Part shown: one piece after another, positions 1 through 13,530 of the stretch
Numbering within the stretch: position 1 is the first letter of the stretch
Layout: each line of letters starts with the position of its first letter
Position numbers and translations under genes: made by a program
Notes under the pieces: model-generated
Seen by the model: the letters and a program-made list of their open reading frames with translations, nothing else
Told to the model about the DNA's origin: nothing
Database searches by the model: none
NCBI GenBank assembly: GCA_964016885.1
Contig: OZ024743.1
Span: 279,992,001 to 280,056,000, forward strand
DNA from: Eledone cirrhosa
Taxonomy: Eukaryota
Length of the DNA: 64,000 nt
Direction of reading: 5' to 3'

Positions 1-314
1 TACATAAAGTTTTAATGGAAAGCTTTTTGATAAATATGAGTTCTTTAAAATAAACTGTGTTATGCCACAGAACCAGCGGGGATTTCAGGCGATTTAGTAT
101 CAAAAGGGTTTAAAGAATTCCGGACTGGCAGTAAAATACTGCAAATTTAAGCGACGCCACAATCTCGATATCACACATAACTGAAGAGCAATTGGTGGCA
201 AAATCATGCGTGAGAATAACAATAAAATGGAAGGTAAAGAGATTTGAGGCAAGGATTTTATTTACTATTATTTCGATCTACATTAGAGACACCATTAGGT
301 TACACTCTTCGTTG

Positions 315-462
315 TAACTAGTATTTTATTTTATTGACCCCATAAGGATTACAGGCAATGCAAAACTCGGCGGGATTTGAACTCAGAACGTAGAGGGCCG
401 CAACTCTATGCCACAGAGCCGAATGTCCGACGCTCTACGGATACTGCCAATCCACCGCCCTT
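315..462 (-). mobile_element. tRNA-derived SINE copy (Deu/Nin-like central domain), diverged
   Basis: Reverse complement contains B-box-like CTGAGTTCAAATCCCGCCGAG followed by a degenerate form of the GCCTTTCATCC...GTCGATAAAATAAAGTACCAG motif seen at 10510-10580. Ends approximate. Confidence 0.7.
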
Positions 463-505
463 ACGCTAGCAAATTCTGTAAAATATCGTTACAATATCAC
501 TATAT

Positions 506-753
506 AACTCAAGGTAGGATCTGTATCGATCTAGCCCGACTCAGGAATCAAAAGGTCGTCGGACCACTCTGGTAGTAACGACAGTATGAACATACATGGC
601 GCACAAAAAGGTCTGACTTTCATATGTAACGTTTATATGAACGCTAGACTTGTTTGTACGCCATGTATGTTCATTCTGTCATTACTCCCACAGAGGTCCG
701 ACGAGCTTTTGATACCAGAGTCGGGCTAGATCGATACAGATCGACTCTTGAGC
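506..753. repeat. ~250-bp imperfect palindrome (foldback)
   Basis: GATCTGTATCGATCTAGCCCGACTC...ATGAACATACATGGCG in the left arm is the reverse complement of CGCCATGTATGTTCAT...GAGTCGGGCTAGATCGATACAGATC in the right arm; centre near 630. Confidence 0.9.
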
Positions 754-921
754 TGATCAGTAGCGAAACTCACGTCACCAACCAAAATACCTAATGAAGG
801 AGTAACCATTCGCCCTTGTTTTATTATACTACACTCTGTCTAGCTCTACACCTTGATACTGACGTGAACCTAAACATCGAGTGCTCACTCGGGTGAACTC
901 CGCGTTACACTCCCTCCCTGG

Positions 922-1009
<88 letters not shown>

Positions 1010-1013
<4 letters not shown>

Positions 1014-1131
1014 GTTTCTACTTTTGGTACAAGGCCAACAATTATCTCAGAGCATTACTGGTACTTTATTTTATCGACCCCGTAAGGATGAAAGGCAAAG
1101 TTAAACTCGGCGGGATTTGAACTCAGAACGT
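1010..1131 (-). mobile_element. SINE copy (same family), between (TA)n tracts
   Basis: CTGGTACTTTATTTTATCGACCCCGTAAGGATGAAAGGCAAAGTTAAACTCGGCGGGATTTGAACTCAGAACG is the reverse complement of the SINE core. Confidence 0.85.
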
Positions 1132-3129
1132 ATATATATATATATATATAATGAAAAATAATGCTTACATGTAACAACATTAATTGCATTTAAAAAAGGA
1201 AAAAATCTCTACCGTGAAAATTACATCATCATCATCAACATCATCATCATCATCATCAGCAGCAGCATCATCATCATCATCATCAACATAATTATCATCC
1301 TCCCCCATTATCATCATCCCCATTATGGTCTTTATCAATATAATCATCATCTTCGTCATCCTTGTAGACGTCATTGTCAGATTCTGTGAAACAGTCCCTT
1401 GCAGGAAAAGAAACATTAAAAGTGAAAGAAACTGAGATTGTTCATCAACATTACAATAGCCAGGCACAATCGACAGTGTCCCAAGCAACATCATCATCAA
1501 CAACCAGAGCCATGCACAGTAGTTGATCTATAAATCGCCAAACGAGCAATATCAATAAAAATATTCTTTAGTCAACTATGACAGCAGCAACATAACCATT
1601 GTTCATCGTTCTCTTTATCTCTCTCTTGCTGCCTCTCTCTCTCTTTCTCTTTTTTCTCTCTCTTTCTTTCTCCCCCCCCCTCTCTCTCTCTTGCTCTCTC
1701 TCTATCTCTCTTTATATATATATATAAAGATAGATAGATATATACATATATATACATATATATATGTATATATGTGTATGTATGTGTATGTGTGTGTATG
1801 TGTATGTGCGTGTGCGTATATATATATATATATATATATGATAAGAAAATACGTTTAAAAATGATAGTGTTTACATTATAAGGGTTCTACCAGGTTCATT
1901 ACTAAGATAATATTAATGGTAAAGAAGAGAATGTGAGTAGGGTGTATATATATATATATATATATGTACTACACCAAACAACCATTAACACACACAGTAT
2001 CATGAACGAATGCACACATTTTGTCGTTCCTAACATTACTAATTAACTAACTGATTATACTAAAACATCCAACCATACTACACAACAAACTCCCACATTC
2101 ACACTAAACTCATTTACTAACAAAAATCACACATACTGTCACCACAGCTCTCATTCCATACCACTTCCGTTCTTCATGCGCTGCACACTGACCACTTCCT
2201 CCTATGGCTACTTCCTGAAATAACCCAGCTCTGACCCCAGCACGCACGACGGACCAACACCTTTACGAGACCCCATTCACATACACAAACTAAATATCAC
2301 ACAAAAAACTCACGAAAGTGCACACACGTACACATGTATATATATATATGTGTGTGTATGTGTGTGTGTGCTTGTGTGTGTGTGTGTGTATGTGTGTGTG
2401 CTTGTGTGTGTGTGCTTGTGTATGTGCTTGTGTACGTGCTTGTGTATGCCTAAAGATTTGACAGGCTCATACGTGCATACACACGCACACAAAAAAACAT
2501 AAAAAAAATTGAAACGCACACATGTATATTCACATACACATGCTCATACAGACACATAGACAAACATACCCATACATAACGGTAACCACGCCCACTTGCA
2601 TGTAGACATGTGCACACAAAATACATTAAAAAATTACAGGCCCACGTACACAAACAATACAAAATATCACATAGACACTCTCATATATAAACATGTACAC
2701 ATAAAACTACGTGCACATATATGCACACATCAAAAAACACAGAAGGATTCACAGATACACACATGTATATTGTATATACACACATACGCACTCATACATG
2801 AACATACAAACGTACACTCATACAAAAACACGCATGCACGTGCACACACAAACAAAAACTACATAAAAAATTCACAAACACACGCAGACACGCACGCGTA
2901 CTTCCGTCAAAGATACACACACCACACACACACACAGAATCGATAATGCGCACCAATGAAATTCACCCAATCTTCACACAGATAACAATACCTATGACAC
3001 ACTGAAATTCTCGAACTTGGCTCCCACTCCCTAATTCCGGACTATATGCTTACCACTCCCAGCCTTCTTAAAACATTTTTTTCTAGACCCCGAATTTTCC
3101 ATGCTTTTCTCCATCCCACCGAATTCTCC

Positions 3130-3167
3130 ATTTCCTGAAGAAGGACTTATGTCCGAAACGCCAAAAT
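3130..3167 (+). ncRNA. Degenerate minimal hammerhead ribozyme motif
   Basis: ATTTC-CTGAAGA-A-GGAC(TTAT)GTCC-GAAAC-GCC-AAAAT. The cleavage triplet is GCC rather than GUH, so probably inactive. Same design as 47589. Confidence 0.55.
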
Positions 3168-3936
3168 CTCTTATTGTTCCTCCTAATCGTGATACTAACA
3201 AGATTTCGTGTTTTTGCATCTTTGTATTTGTTTGTTATTTCTTGAATTATTTAGAGTTCGGTGTCTTTTGTTTGATTTGTTCGTTTTTGTGTTTTGGTAT
3301 TTAATTCTTTTTTTTTTTAGTTTTCCCCTTCAAATATGTTTTATTTCGTTCTGTCTTATTTTGTTTTCGTTCGTTGACTTCACTTTCTTAATTTTCCTAA
3401 TTTTATTATTATTAATCTGTGACGAACGTGTTCTTCCTTCTCTCGCAAATAATTTCAATGGATTACATTATTTAATACATTTACTTTCTTCTCCTTGCCT
3501 TTGTTTTCCTTCTTTTTCCTTCTTTCTTTACCTCATTTTTTTAAGTCTCACGAGACTATTGGTGCTACAAAGAGCACAATAACTTCTAGTCATCTCATAA
3601 TATTCTGTGTTCCTGTTATGGCTTAATTGTTGTAAGTTATTGTTTTGCCTTCTCTTTTACTCTGCAGACAACACTTTGGCTTGTGTCAGATCCATTGATC
3701 AATGGTGGACCAGCAGAACCATTGGTAGGGTTCGAAATTGCCAAAGTCCATCTCGACAGCTGAAGACCTTGGAGTTCTGTATCTTTCGTTTGTTTTTTTT
3801 ATTTTCAAAAACATTTTTTTCGTTCAACATTGATTTCGATCATTGTCGTCGCTTTGTTAATTTTAATCATGTTATATCTATCTTCGGACAATAACTACAA
3901 AGACAATTGTAGTTCGAAAAGATAAATAGATAGATA

Positions 3937-6004
3937 TCTTTCTTTATTTGCCACAGGGGCGTACACAAATAGGACATTACAAGACGTGACGGCGGGCGTT
4001 TTACATAAAAATAACTTTAACATTAATAAATAACAATAAACTATACATAATAAAATAACAATTGAAATCCCCAGTAGGGGGGAACGTTACTGCAGGGTTG
4101 TTTTACACCGCCGTGGATAGAACAACCCTCAACACCAGGAACACGTTTAGTAGGTGTTCCTGTCTTCCCTCTGTTTATCTTCCTCAACCTACAGGTTTAT
4201 ATACAGAGTAGGCCCATTCACTCGGGCCATTTTTGCCACATTCACCCACCTTTCAGCGAATTAACTGGGGTGTAGCACCCTCTCTCCACTCTCACATTCC
4301 TTATGAAGTGATACTTATAGAAGGGGATAAGTTGTTGTCCGGGGAGAAAGGTGTTTGCTCTAAGTCCTTTTAACGACGTCCACCATATTACCTCTTTCGC
4401 CATAGCCACCAGATAGAGGAAAACCGCCTCTCCGTTCTTAAATGAAGGCGGCGGATGATCCTCACGATAGACTCGGCTGACAACTGAATGCGTCCCACAC
4501 GTGACAGCAGCCGTTCGACATAATTCCACAGGTTGGTCACCCCTGGGCACTGAACAATTGCGTGCAGAACGGTTTTGATGTCCTGCTCGCATCTTGGACA
4601 GGTCCTTTTGGCAGGATCTCTGCCAGCGCGTCCGTGCCTGTAGATTTTGTCTCGAACTGGTAGAGCTCCTCGGTAGCACTGCCAGGCCAGAGACCTCTGG
4701 AATTTATCCATAGGCCCTGGACAGAAAGTCCTCCCGAACAGACTGGTCAGTTCGTCCTCCTCGATGCCTAGAGTTTCCCCGAGAACGTCGTCGCACTTAT
4801 CCTCCACTAATCCCCTATAGAATGTCGAAGTGGAGTCACCGCTGATTGCCGTTTCCGCTTGGTAGAGGGCTGTGAGCGCCTGTAGGCACTCGAGGTGCCA
4901 GGTAGCCATTTTCGGTCTTCGCTTGACCCAGAACTGCAGCTCTGTTAGTGAGACGAGTTGTGGAAGAGCTTGTCTCACAAACGACAGCCACACCGGTTCA
5001 CTGGTCAGGAATACCTGGAGTGGCTTAGCCTCAGCGGATGTTTGTGCATCATCAGCCACGGCATGCCCATCCCTCCGTTAGAAGGGTGTTGACTGCATAT
5101 GGATCTCCTCACCAATGGAGCCTGCTTCTTCCAGAGGAACTTGAAGAGTAGGCGTTCCATTTTGGTAAGGTATTCGTGGGGACAAGGCACGACTGTCAAG
5201 CGGTAATAGATGACGGACGCTATGTAAGTTTTCGCCACCTCGGCTCGACTTTTCAAGGAGAGTTTGCACTCAGGCCACTTCTGTATGAGTGCAAACACCT
5301 TCGCCGTGACCTCGTTCCAGTTCTTGTCTACCTAAAGGTTTGGACCCAACCAGACCCCGAGCAATTTCACCCGTCCATCCGTCCAGCGTACAGCGACACT
5401 GTCGAAAGGCATGGATTTGCCTCTCCATGTGCCGAGTTGCAAACCGACAGACTTGTTTGGGTTTAGTCTTGCTCCTGTCAACGTTTCGTATTCCTGTAAT
5501 AGGTTGCCGATTACCCTGATTTCCGAGGTTTTCGACACCATTACGGTTACGTCGTCGGCATAGGCTGACGCTGCTTTCCGCAGTCCTGGTTTGATCGAGA
5601 TGCCCAGCAACAACTCCAATTTCCGCAGTAACGGCTTGAGAGTCAGAACATACAGAATGGAGGAGAGAGGGTATCCCTGACGGATGGAACGCATGATTTG
5701 GAATGGCTCTGATAAGTAGCTATTCACCTTGTCTGCCGAGCAGATGCTGGTGTGCATGACAGCGATCCAGCCTCTGAAGACGGGACAGAAGCCGACCGCC
5801 TTGAGAACTGCTTCCAAGTATTGATGGTCGACCCTATCAAATGCCTTTGCGGAAGCCAGGTTTACACCCTACCCTCTCTATGATGTATCGCATGAGGTGG
5901 AGGTTGTCGTGTATGGACCTGGTCAGGATTGCACACGTTTGGGCTTCCCCTACCAGGTTCTCGACGACAAGCGCCAGCCTTGCTGCTAACACCTTGTATA
6001 ACAC
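3937..6004 (-). mobile_element. 5'-truncated Tx1/L1-clade non-LTR retrotransposon (RT + C-terminal CCHC), frameshifted
   Basis: Minus-strand frames give HDNLHLMRYII, SIRQGYPLSSILYVL, SAYADDVTV and CPRCEQDIKTVLHAIVQC. AATAAA lies at the 3' end (~3943-3948). Identical 22-bp CGAAAAGATAAATAGATAGATA at 3915-3936 and 6005-6026. Confidence 0.92.
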
Positions 6005-6091
6005 CGAAAAGATAAATAGATAGATACATAGATACATACATACATACATACATACATACATACATACATACATACATACATACATACATAC

Positions 6092-6502
6092 ATGGTGGCT
6101 GCCAACTCGTTTTCGAGTACGGCCACTACTTTATATCCATGTAGGAGTACTCCTACCGATGCGCTGAACGAGTGTGACTTTTTAGTCCAGCCAGCGACTT
6201 GAAAACTCTGGTACAAACACTACACTTGTGACAATTATTGACACAGTGCTGGGCCCATGGTAACATGTGACGACAAGTGCAGAGAGATCTCCAAATATAA
6301 AGCAATGCCTGTGCCGTGAAGGTTTTATAGTGAGCAAAGGCACTGCACAAAGCCAGTCCCACTCTCTTAATCAAGATGATATTTACCAAAAAGAAGAACA
6401 AGTCAACATCATTGGATACCATCAGGGTTGCAGGTGTTATATCAGAGTTTTCCTTCTCCTAGAATTCTGCCTTGACAAAGGCTAAGGGGTCATCTCTCCC
6501 GG
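6092..6502 (-). mobile_element. Non-autonomous RTE-derived element, 5'-truncated, inside (CATA)n
   Basis: Encodes an RTE-type C-terminal C2H2 (CSVCTRVFKSLAGLKSHTRSAH) next to an RTE 5'-UTR-like motif GGAGAAGGAAAACTCTGA. Near-identical to 61350-61760. (CATA)n on both sides. Confidence 0.75.
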
Positions 6503-6557
6503 ACATACATACATACATACATACATACATACATACATACATACATACATACATACA

Positions 6558-6593
<36 letters not shown>

Positions 6594-6619
6594 TAGACAT
6601 ACATATATACATAAATATA

Positions 6620-9600
6620 TACTAGACAGCCAAGGCGATCAGTCGCATATTTTGGCGTGGGAGACTATTTATTAAATTTAAGATGAATACTATCTCCGAC
6701 AGTAATGCCACAACAACAGTCAGGTTGAATAACTGGTTATTCTTCTAACTATATCTTCTGTAGACACCTTTTATTCGAATTCGTAGAGATATCCGACTAA
6801 ATACATAATTCATTTTACAAGGATTTGCTACAAACAGCATGGCTGAACCCAACATTAACAAAAAAATTAAGGAAGTACCAAAGACAAATAACAAAGAAGG
6901 TAAACAAACTTTATTCAGTTCTAGCTACAGAAGAAACCGAAATTATAAATCGCATTTCTCTTGGAGTTGCGAACTTAAAAATGATTTATTTAATTGTTAT
7001 AAAATTTCAAAAAAGAATCCCTCCATTGGCTATATGAATAGAATGAAGCTACACTGGGACGAAATGCACCCAGAAGTATAAACAATTGAAAATTTCCCTC
7101 AACGAAATCTTCCAGAGAGAAATTAACTCATGTATAAATATCTCTCTTGCTGAACGTGTTATAACGACAATGTTGAATACAAAACCAAATAATGAAATAC
7201 TACGTGTTATTGACGAAATAAGGGATGAATATTTACGACGGATAAATACCCCAACATTTTGGCAAATCAACGCCTGTTTATATGCCCTAGCAGCGACAGT
7301 GAAACATTATCTTGGTGATAGCAGAGATATTAACCAGAACAAAACACCACCAAAAATACCATCATATATAACTAAAATAGAAAAAAAGAGACGATGTTTG
7401 GTAACAGTAGAACCAGAACTCTCCAATATAAGCTGATCACCCTCAAACAAGAATTGAGAGCTGTTAGCGAAAAACGCCGATACCTGAAGAAGGTTGATGA
7501 GGGAAAAATGCTTAATAAAAGATTCAGACGAAACCAAACATCAGTCTATAGATATATGAAGGGCAAAATAATAAGTGTCACTGAGGCCCCATCCCAGAAA
7601 GACATAGATTCCTTTTGGAGAAAAATATGGAGTGAAAAGAAGAATTTTAACCAAGATGGAGTGTGGCTAAGAGAAATCCGAAATAACTATTGCTCCTACA
7701 CTACAACAAAAACATACGAAATAAGTGAGGGTACCCTTGAGACTGTGATAAGAAAACTCCAAGATAAGAAAATACCAGGAAGAGACATAATTGTCGGCTA
7801 CTGGTACAAAAAACTGATATTCTATCGGAGGTAACTTACTGACCTCTACCAACAAGTTCTTAAGGGAGATACACTTATACCAGAATGGTTGACATGAGCA
7901 CAAACATTACTGGTCCCCAAGAACAAAGACACCCACTTGGTAAAAAACTACCGTCCTATTGCATGCCAGAACCTGATGTATAAGATGTATACAGCCTGCC
8001 AGAACCTATTCCTCCAAGATCACTGTGAAAATAATAATATCATCACAGATGAACACGCAGCTGGAAAGAAAGGGGTTTGGGGATGTGCTGAACAACTCCT
8101 AATCAACAAAACTGCAATGTCGGAGGTGCGACAACTTAGGAGGAATATGACTACAGTCTGGCTGGTCTACAGGAAAGCTTTCGATTCTGTTCCCCACTCT
8201 TGGATGATAGAGGCCCTCCAACTTGCTAAAGTCCCAGACATTATTGTCAGAGCCATAGAGAAGCTGTCTTCCTCTTGGGTTACTATCCTAAGGTTAAAGA
8301 CAGAGAGGGGGGACTCTATTTTCACTGATTAAATAAAATATTGCAGGGGTATATTTCAGGGGGACAGTCTCTCTGTGATATTATTCATCTTATATTATTC
8401 ATTAAACCCCTTGTCCTTTCTGCTCAAGAAATGTGAGGGATACATCATTGGCTCACAGGAGGACAGAAATACGAACCTAACCCATAATTTCTTTGTGGAC
8501 AATCTGAAACTCTATGCCAAGAACGTGGATGGGATGAAGAAAAATCTTGACCTGGTTACAACGTTCTCAAAGGATATAGGAATGGAGTTTGGCCAAGATA
8601 AATGCTCATACATGACTGTAAAGTGGGGAAAACAACAACCTAATCTAGCAAAATTGTCATCAATGGTCTAACTGTTTCACCGATATCTGATGAGGACTGC
8701 TATAGAGACCTGGGGATAGATGAGAACATATCCTATAATGGTATCTGTAATAAAGAACGCGTAACCAGGAAATACTACACCCGATTAAGAAAGATTTGGT
8801 CATCGGAACTCTTTGCGCAAAACAAAACAGTGGCTCACAATGTGTTTTCTGTGCCTGTCCTAACACCAACGTTTGGAATACTCAATTGGACGATAGACGA
8901 AATCCGAGCAGTTGATGTTGGAACTCGAAAAATACTGAACAACACCGGAAACTTCCATATCAACAGTGACATAGACCGCCTTTACTTGAAACGTAAGCAG
9001 GGAGGCAGAGGCCTAACATCAGTCCAGACAACATTTGAATGTCGCATCATATCTCTCCGACAACATCTACGAACCTCGAATCGTAGGAGCCCGTTTCTCG
9101 AGCAAGTCTATCTGCATGAAACAGATAAGATCATGAGAGTTGGGAAGGAACTCCTTGAGAGATATTCCCTGTGTGATAATCAAAACTCACACCCAGGGAT
9201 GTCGCTCAGCAGTATCGCAGTGAATCCATGGATGAAAAACTGCATGCTTATCAGCAAAATATCATGCATGGATATGTTGTCAGGAAGCTCCAGAGTGAGA
9301 GTAATATAGATAAGGAAAGTAGTCTATCTTGGACCAACAACCGCTATATTGGCTCCCACTTTGAAGGATACGCTTTTGCAATCCAAGAACAGGAGATTAA
9401 CACGAAATACCTGATTCACAAAAGAGATAGGGATGCAGGCAAAACACCTAGATGTGATAACAAGTGCAGACTCTGCAGAAATAACATCGAGGATATCACC
9501 CATGTCATCAGCAGCTGTCCAAAGATGTCATCGCGGTACTATCTACCTATGAGGCATGATGTAGTGGCCAAAACACTGTACAATGCATTTCGTAAAAAAG

Positions 9601-10268
9601 ATAGCCCCGATAATAAACACATTAAAAGCTACAACAATGTGGAAGACATCCATGTACATAATATGAAAGAGTACTGGTGGAATGTTCCAGTAAAAACCCC
9701 AATAAAATGCAGGCATAACAGACCCGATATTATGATATGGGACAGGGAGAAGAAAGCATGCACAGTAGTAGAAATTAACTGCCCAGCAGATGCCAATATA
9801 ATATCAAAGATTAGTGAAAAGGAGAATATTTATGCAGAACTGATGAGAAATCTGTAGATAATCCACTCTGATTACACCTTCAGATTTATGCCTGTGATTA
9901 TTGGGGCACTGGGATATGTTAGTAACTGCCTCAATACAAATCTTGAGCAGCTAGGCTTCACAGGAACAGAAAAAACACCACTAGTTAGGAAATTACAATC
10001 CATTAATCCATTAATGGAACAGTAAAAATATGTAAAACATTCCTAAAATGTTGCATCTAATAACTGCATATACACATTCACATGCACACATACAACTCAA
10101 AAATACACATCCACACATAAAATAACATCCATATCTACACGTGCATGCATACATACATATCTACCTAGTTGATGTTGTGTAAATTCCAATGAGAGATTCT
10201 TGTGTCTATTTTAGAAACCGACTCTCTCTCTATTGGTAAAACTTTGTGAAATTATAAAACCAGAAGAA
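6620..10268 (+). mobile_element. R4/Dong-like non-LTR retrotransposon (RT + zinc knuckle + restriction-like endonuclease), disrupted
   Basis: Successive frames give NYRPIACQNLMYKMYT, GCAEQLLINK, KAFDSVPHSW, GIFQGDSLS, THNFFVDNLKLY, CRLCRNNIEDITHVISSC, RHD and HNRPDIMIWD...VVEINCP, with several stops and frameshifts. The 3' UTR matches 56505-56666. 5' boundary approximate. Confidence 0.9.
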
Positions 10269-10499
10269 CATACGTATAGCTAAGATTATTGTAATTTAGT
10301 TGCTATATGTTTGAGTGAAGAATGATTAAGGAAAGTGGAGAAGAAAATTGCAATTGCCTTTAAATGAATATAAAATGAAATAGAATGAAATTCAGGGTGA
10401 CAAGAGGGAAAAGTTTTAAAAAATTTAAGGATTGAAGTATCCTTACATAGAATTTTGTAAACAAGGAATCGTGAGAATCAATGTCAGTTGTCGTTGGCC

Positions 10500-10850
10500 G
10501 GATTTCCATTCTGAGTTCAAATCCCGCCGAGGTTAACTTTGCCTTTCATCCTTACGAGGTCGATAAAATAAAGTACCAGTCATGCACTGGGATCGATTTA
10601 ATCGACTTCCCTCTCCCCCAAAATTGCTGGCCTTGTGCCAAAAGTAGAAACAATTATTATTAGATAAAGGGATTTAGTGGCATAGAGTTATGTCCCTTTA
10701 TGTTCTGAGTTCAAATCCCACCGAGGTTAACTTTGCCTTTTATCCTTACGTGGTCGATAAAATAAAGTACCAATCTTACACTGAGGTCGCTTTAAACGAC
10801 TTCCCACCCCCAAAATTGCTGGCCTTGTGCCTATATAACAAACCATTATT
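10500..10850 (+). mobile_element. Two tandem SINE copies
   Basis: CTGAGTTCAAATCCCGCCGAGGTTAACTTTGCCTTTCATCCTTACGAGGTCGATAAAATAAAGTACCAG at ~10511 and a similar copy at ~10704. Confidence 0.88.
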
Positions 10851-11189
10851 AAAGTCAAACACACACACACATACACAAACAAACGCGCGAGCGCGCGCAC
10901 ACACTCACATACGCTCACACACATACACACACGCGCACACACATACTCACATATATATATTTTTATATGTGTGTGTGTATATATATATATATAAGTGTGT
11001 GCGTATGTGAGTGTGTGTGCGTATGTGTGTGTGTGTGCCTGCGCGCAAGCGTGTATGTGTGTGTGCATATGTGAGTGTGTGTGTGTGCGTGAATGTGTGT
11101 CTGTATGTGTGTGTTTGTGTTTCTAGGCGCACGTGTATATATATATATATATTTGCTATTGTTCTAATTAACGTTGCTGCCAGAATCTT

Positions 11190-11350
11190 TAAATCATTGG
11201 GTAAATGTCTTTTACTTTCTGAGTTCAAATCCTGCCTAGGTCATCTTTGCTTTTCATCATTCAGGGGTCGATAAATTAAGTGCCCATCGAGTACTGAAGT
11301 CGATTTTATCGACTGCCGCGCCATAATAAAAACAATTAGCTTGCTTTGTG
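11190..11350 (+). mobile_element. SINE copy, diverged
   Basis: CTGAGTTCAAATCCTGCCTAGGTCATCTTTGCTTTTCATCATTCAGGGGTCGATAAA. Confidence 0.75.
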
Positions 11351-12459
11351 TTTAAATTACAAGCCATTGTTACCGTTGTTGCTGATGTGGTCGATATTAT
11401 TATTACTGTTGCGTGTGTTATTTTTGTTATTACTGTTGTTGCTGCTGTTGTCGTTATTGATGTTTTTGCTGTTGTTATATTTGTTATTGTTATTGCATTT
11501 GTTATTGTACTTGTTATTGTTGCTATTGCTGATGTAGTCATTGTTATTGTCGTTGGTGTTGCTGTTGTTAAATTTGTTATTGTTGTCCTTGGTGTTGCTG
11601 TTGTTAAATTTGTTATTGGCGTTGTTGTTGCTACTGTTGCATTTGTTATTGTTGTCGTTGGTGTTGCTGTTGTTAAATTTGTTATTGACGTTGTTTTTGT
11701 TGATTAATTTGTCCTTGCTGTTACATTTGTGGTTGCTTTTGTTGTATTTGCTTTCGTAGTATTAATCGTTGTCATTGCTGATGTATTTGTTACTGTTGTG
11801 TTTGTTGTTATTGTTGATCTTACACTTGTTGTATTTTGTTGTTGTTGTTGTTGTTGTTGTCTCAATTGATATCCGTGCAGCAGCTACAATAGAATGAATT
11901 AATAGTCAAATGTTATCTTGCTGTGACACTGGCTTCTCTTAGACTTGCCTTATTTTCCATACTCACCTCTGCACCTCCTCGCCTTCCACATCACCCCCCT
12001 CCTCCCCCTCCCGCGCTTCGTGCTCCTTCTCCAACACAGCTCATCTGCTAGGTCATCTTCTTACTCCTCTTCCATTGCCTTCTTCTCTTTCTTCTCCTCC
12101 CCTGGCTTTGCTTCCTCCAGCTCCAACTCCTCCGACTCCTCCGACCTCTACTCTTCCGTTTTATGTTTTTCCACTTCATGCAGTGTTATTTCCACTGTCA
12201 GCATTACATCGATAATCACTAATACTACATCTGTCTACTACCACCACCACTACAACTACTACAATCACTAACATCCCTAAGATTACCAACACCACCCTTA
12301 TCAACACTAACACCACTGTCACTACCCAACTTATCACTACCACCGTCAATATGACTGGTGTCACTAACATCACCCCTACTAACACCACCACCATAAGAAT
12401 CAACACTAGTATGTCCATGCGACCACCACGGCCACTATCAAACACAAATGCCACTATTG

Positions 12460-13280
12460 CTAGCCATTGAGCGAGGCTTCTACGTGCCTGATCGAATGCT
12501 GAAAATGGCAGCCAAATCTTCCGTAAACCACACCATGCATTTTTGAAAATAACTCAAATAAAGTAGTCCTGGGTTCCCTGCACATAGGAGAAAGGTAGTA
12601 TGGTCATGTTCGGAAAGTCGTTTATCGGAAGTCTACATGATCATGCATTACATGGGGCCAAATGTCAAAAACTCTACCACCAGGAACCAATGGAGGAATT
12701 TCTATGTGATCATTCTACCTGCTTCAACCTATAAAATTACCCCCCCCCCCATTTCCTTTAACAGTTAGTCCTGAATACCTGACTTGTGTGTCACTGTTGA
12801 ACTGCTTTTAATCAAAGGATTGTTCAATCAGAATTGACCTGTGGCTAAACCACAACAATAGCATCATCATAATCAAGAACGACAGAACAACAACAATTAC
12901 CGCAGCAAAACCATTAATATTGGAATGGACCTCCGTCGCCTTCGACGATGGGTGTCCAACGTCATTGAATAACAGCACAACCTGCTCATGAAATTAAAAT
13001 GTAAGAGGCTGAGCATTCCTCAGACACATGCCAACTAAACGTATTTTTGAGACCATCCCTTTGATTGACAGATACAGTCCACACCATTACCACCAATTGG
13101 AGCCTCCAGGCAGTCCATTGACCTGATGGAAATATTAACTAATTCTCTCTGAAATCACACCTAACCACCTTAAAAAGACATGTATGTCATCCACGATCAA
13201 TTCACACAGGAAATATACGTGAGTCACGGCAGGAATACTTCTGATGATATTTCATTTCGATTAGTACTGTTCGGCGACTA
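12460..13280 (+). repeat. Cluster of old interspersed-repeat fragments
   Basis: Motifs such as GCTGAAAATGGCAGCCAAATCT and GAAATTAAAATGTAAGAGGCTGAGCATTCC recur in degenerate form near 32780-33140, 40920 and 50450-50630. Family not identified. Confidence 0.45.
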
Positions 13281-13324
13281 AAGAACTAAAACAGTTATTT
13301 CCTACGTCTGTTTATAATGGCTCC

Positions 13325-13530
13325 TTATTTAGGCACAAAGCCAGCAATTTTGGGGAAACGAAGAGGCCAATTTAATTAACTCCAATACGTGACTGGTGCT
13401 TTATTTTATTTATCCTAGAAAGATGAAAGGCAAAATTAACCTCGGTAATATTTGAACTCAGAAACGTAAAAAGGTGGTACAAATTCCGCAAATCCATTTG
13501 TCTAACGCCCTAACTATTGTCACTACACCC
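13325..13530 (-). mobile_element. SINE copy
   Basis: GATGAAAGGCAAAATTAACCTCGGTAATATTTGAACTCAGAA is the reverse complement of the SINE core. Confidence 0.75.

Noticed and set aside
1-112. End of a TTAA/piggyBac-like MITE (…AAAAGGGTTTAA)
   Set aside because: The other terminus is outside the window and the end motif is imperfect.
181-215. CTGAAGA hammerhead-like start
   Set aside because: No GAAA, stem III or stem I.
11257-12454. Val/Leu/Thr-rich ORFs resembling membrane or mucin proteins
   Set aside because: Degenerate (GTT)n/(ACC)n trinucleotide repeats.
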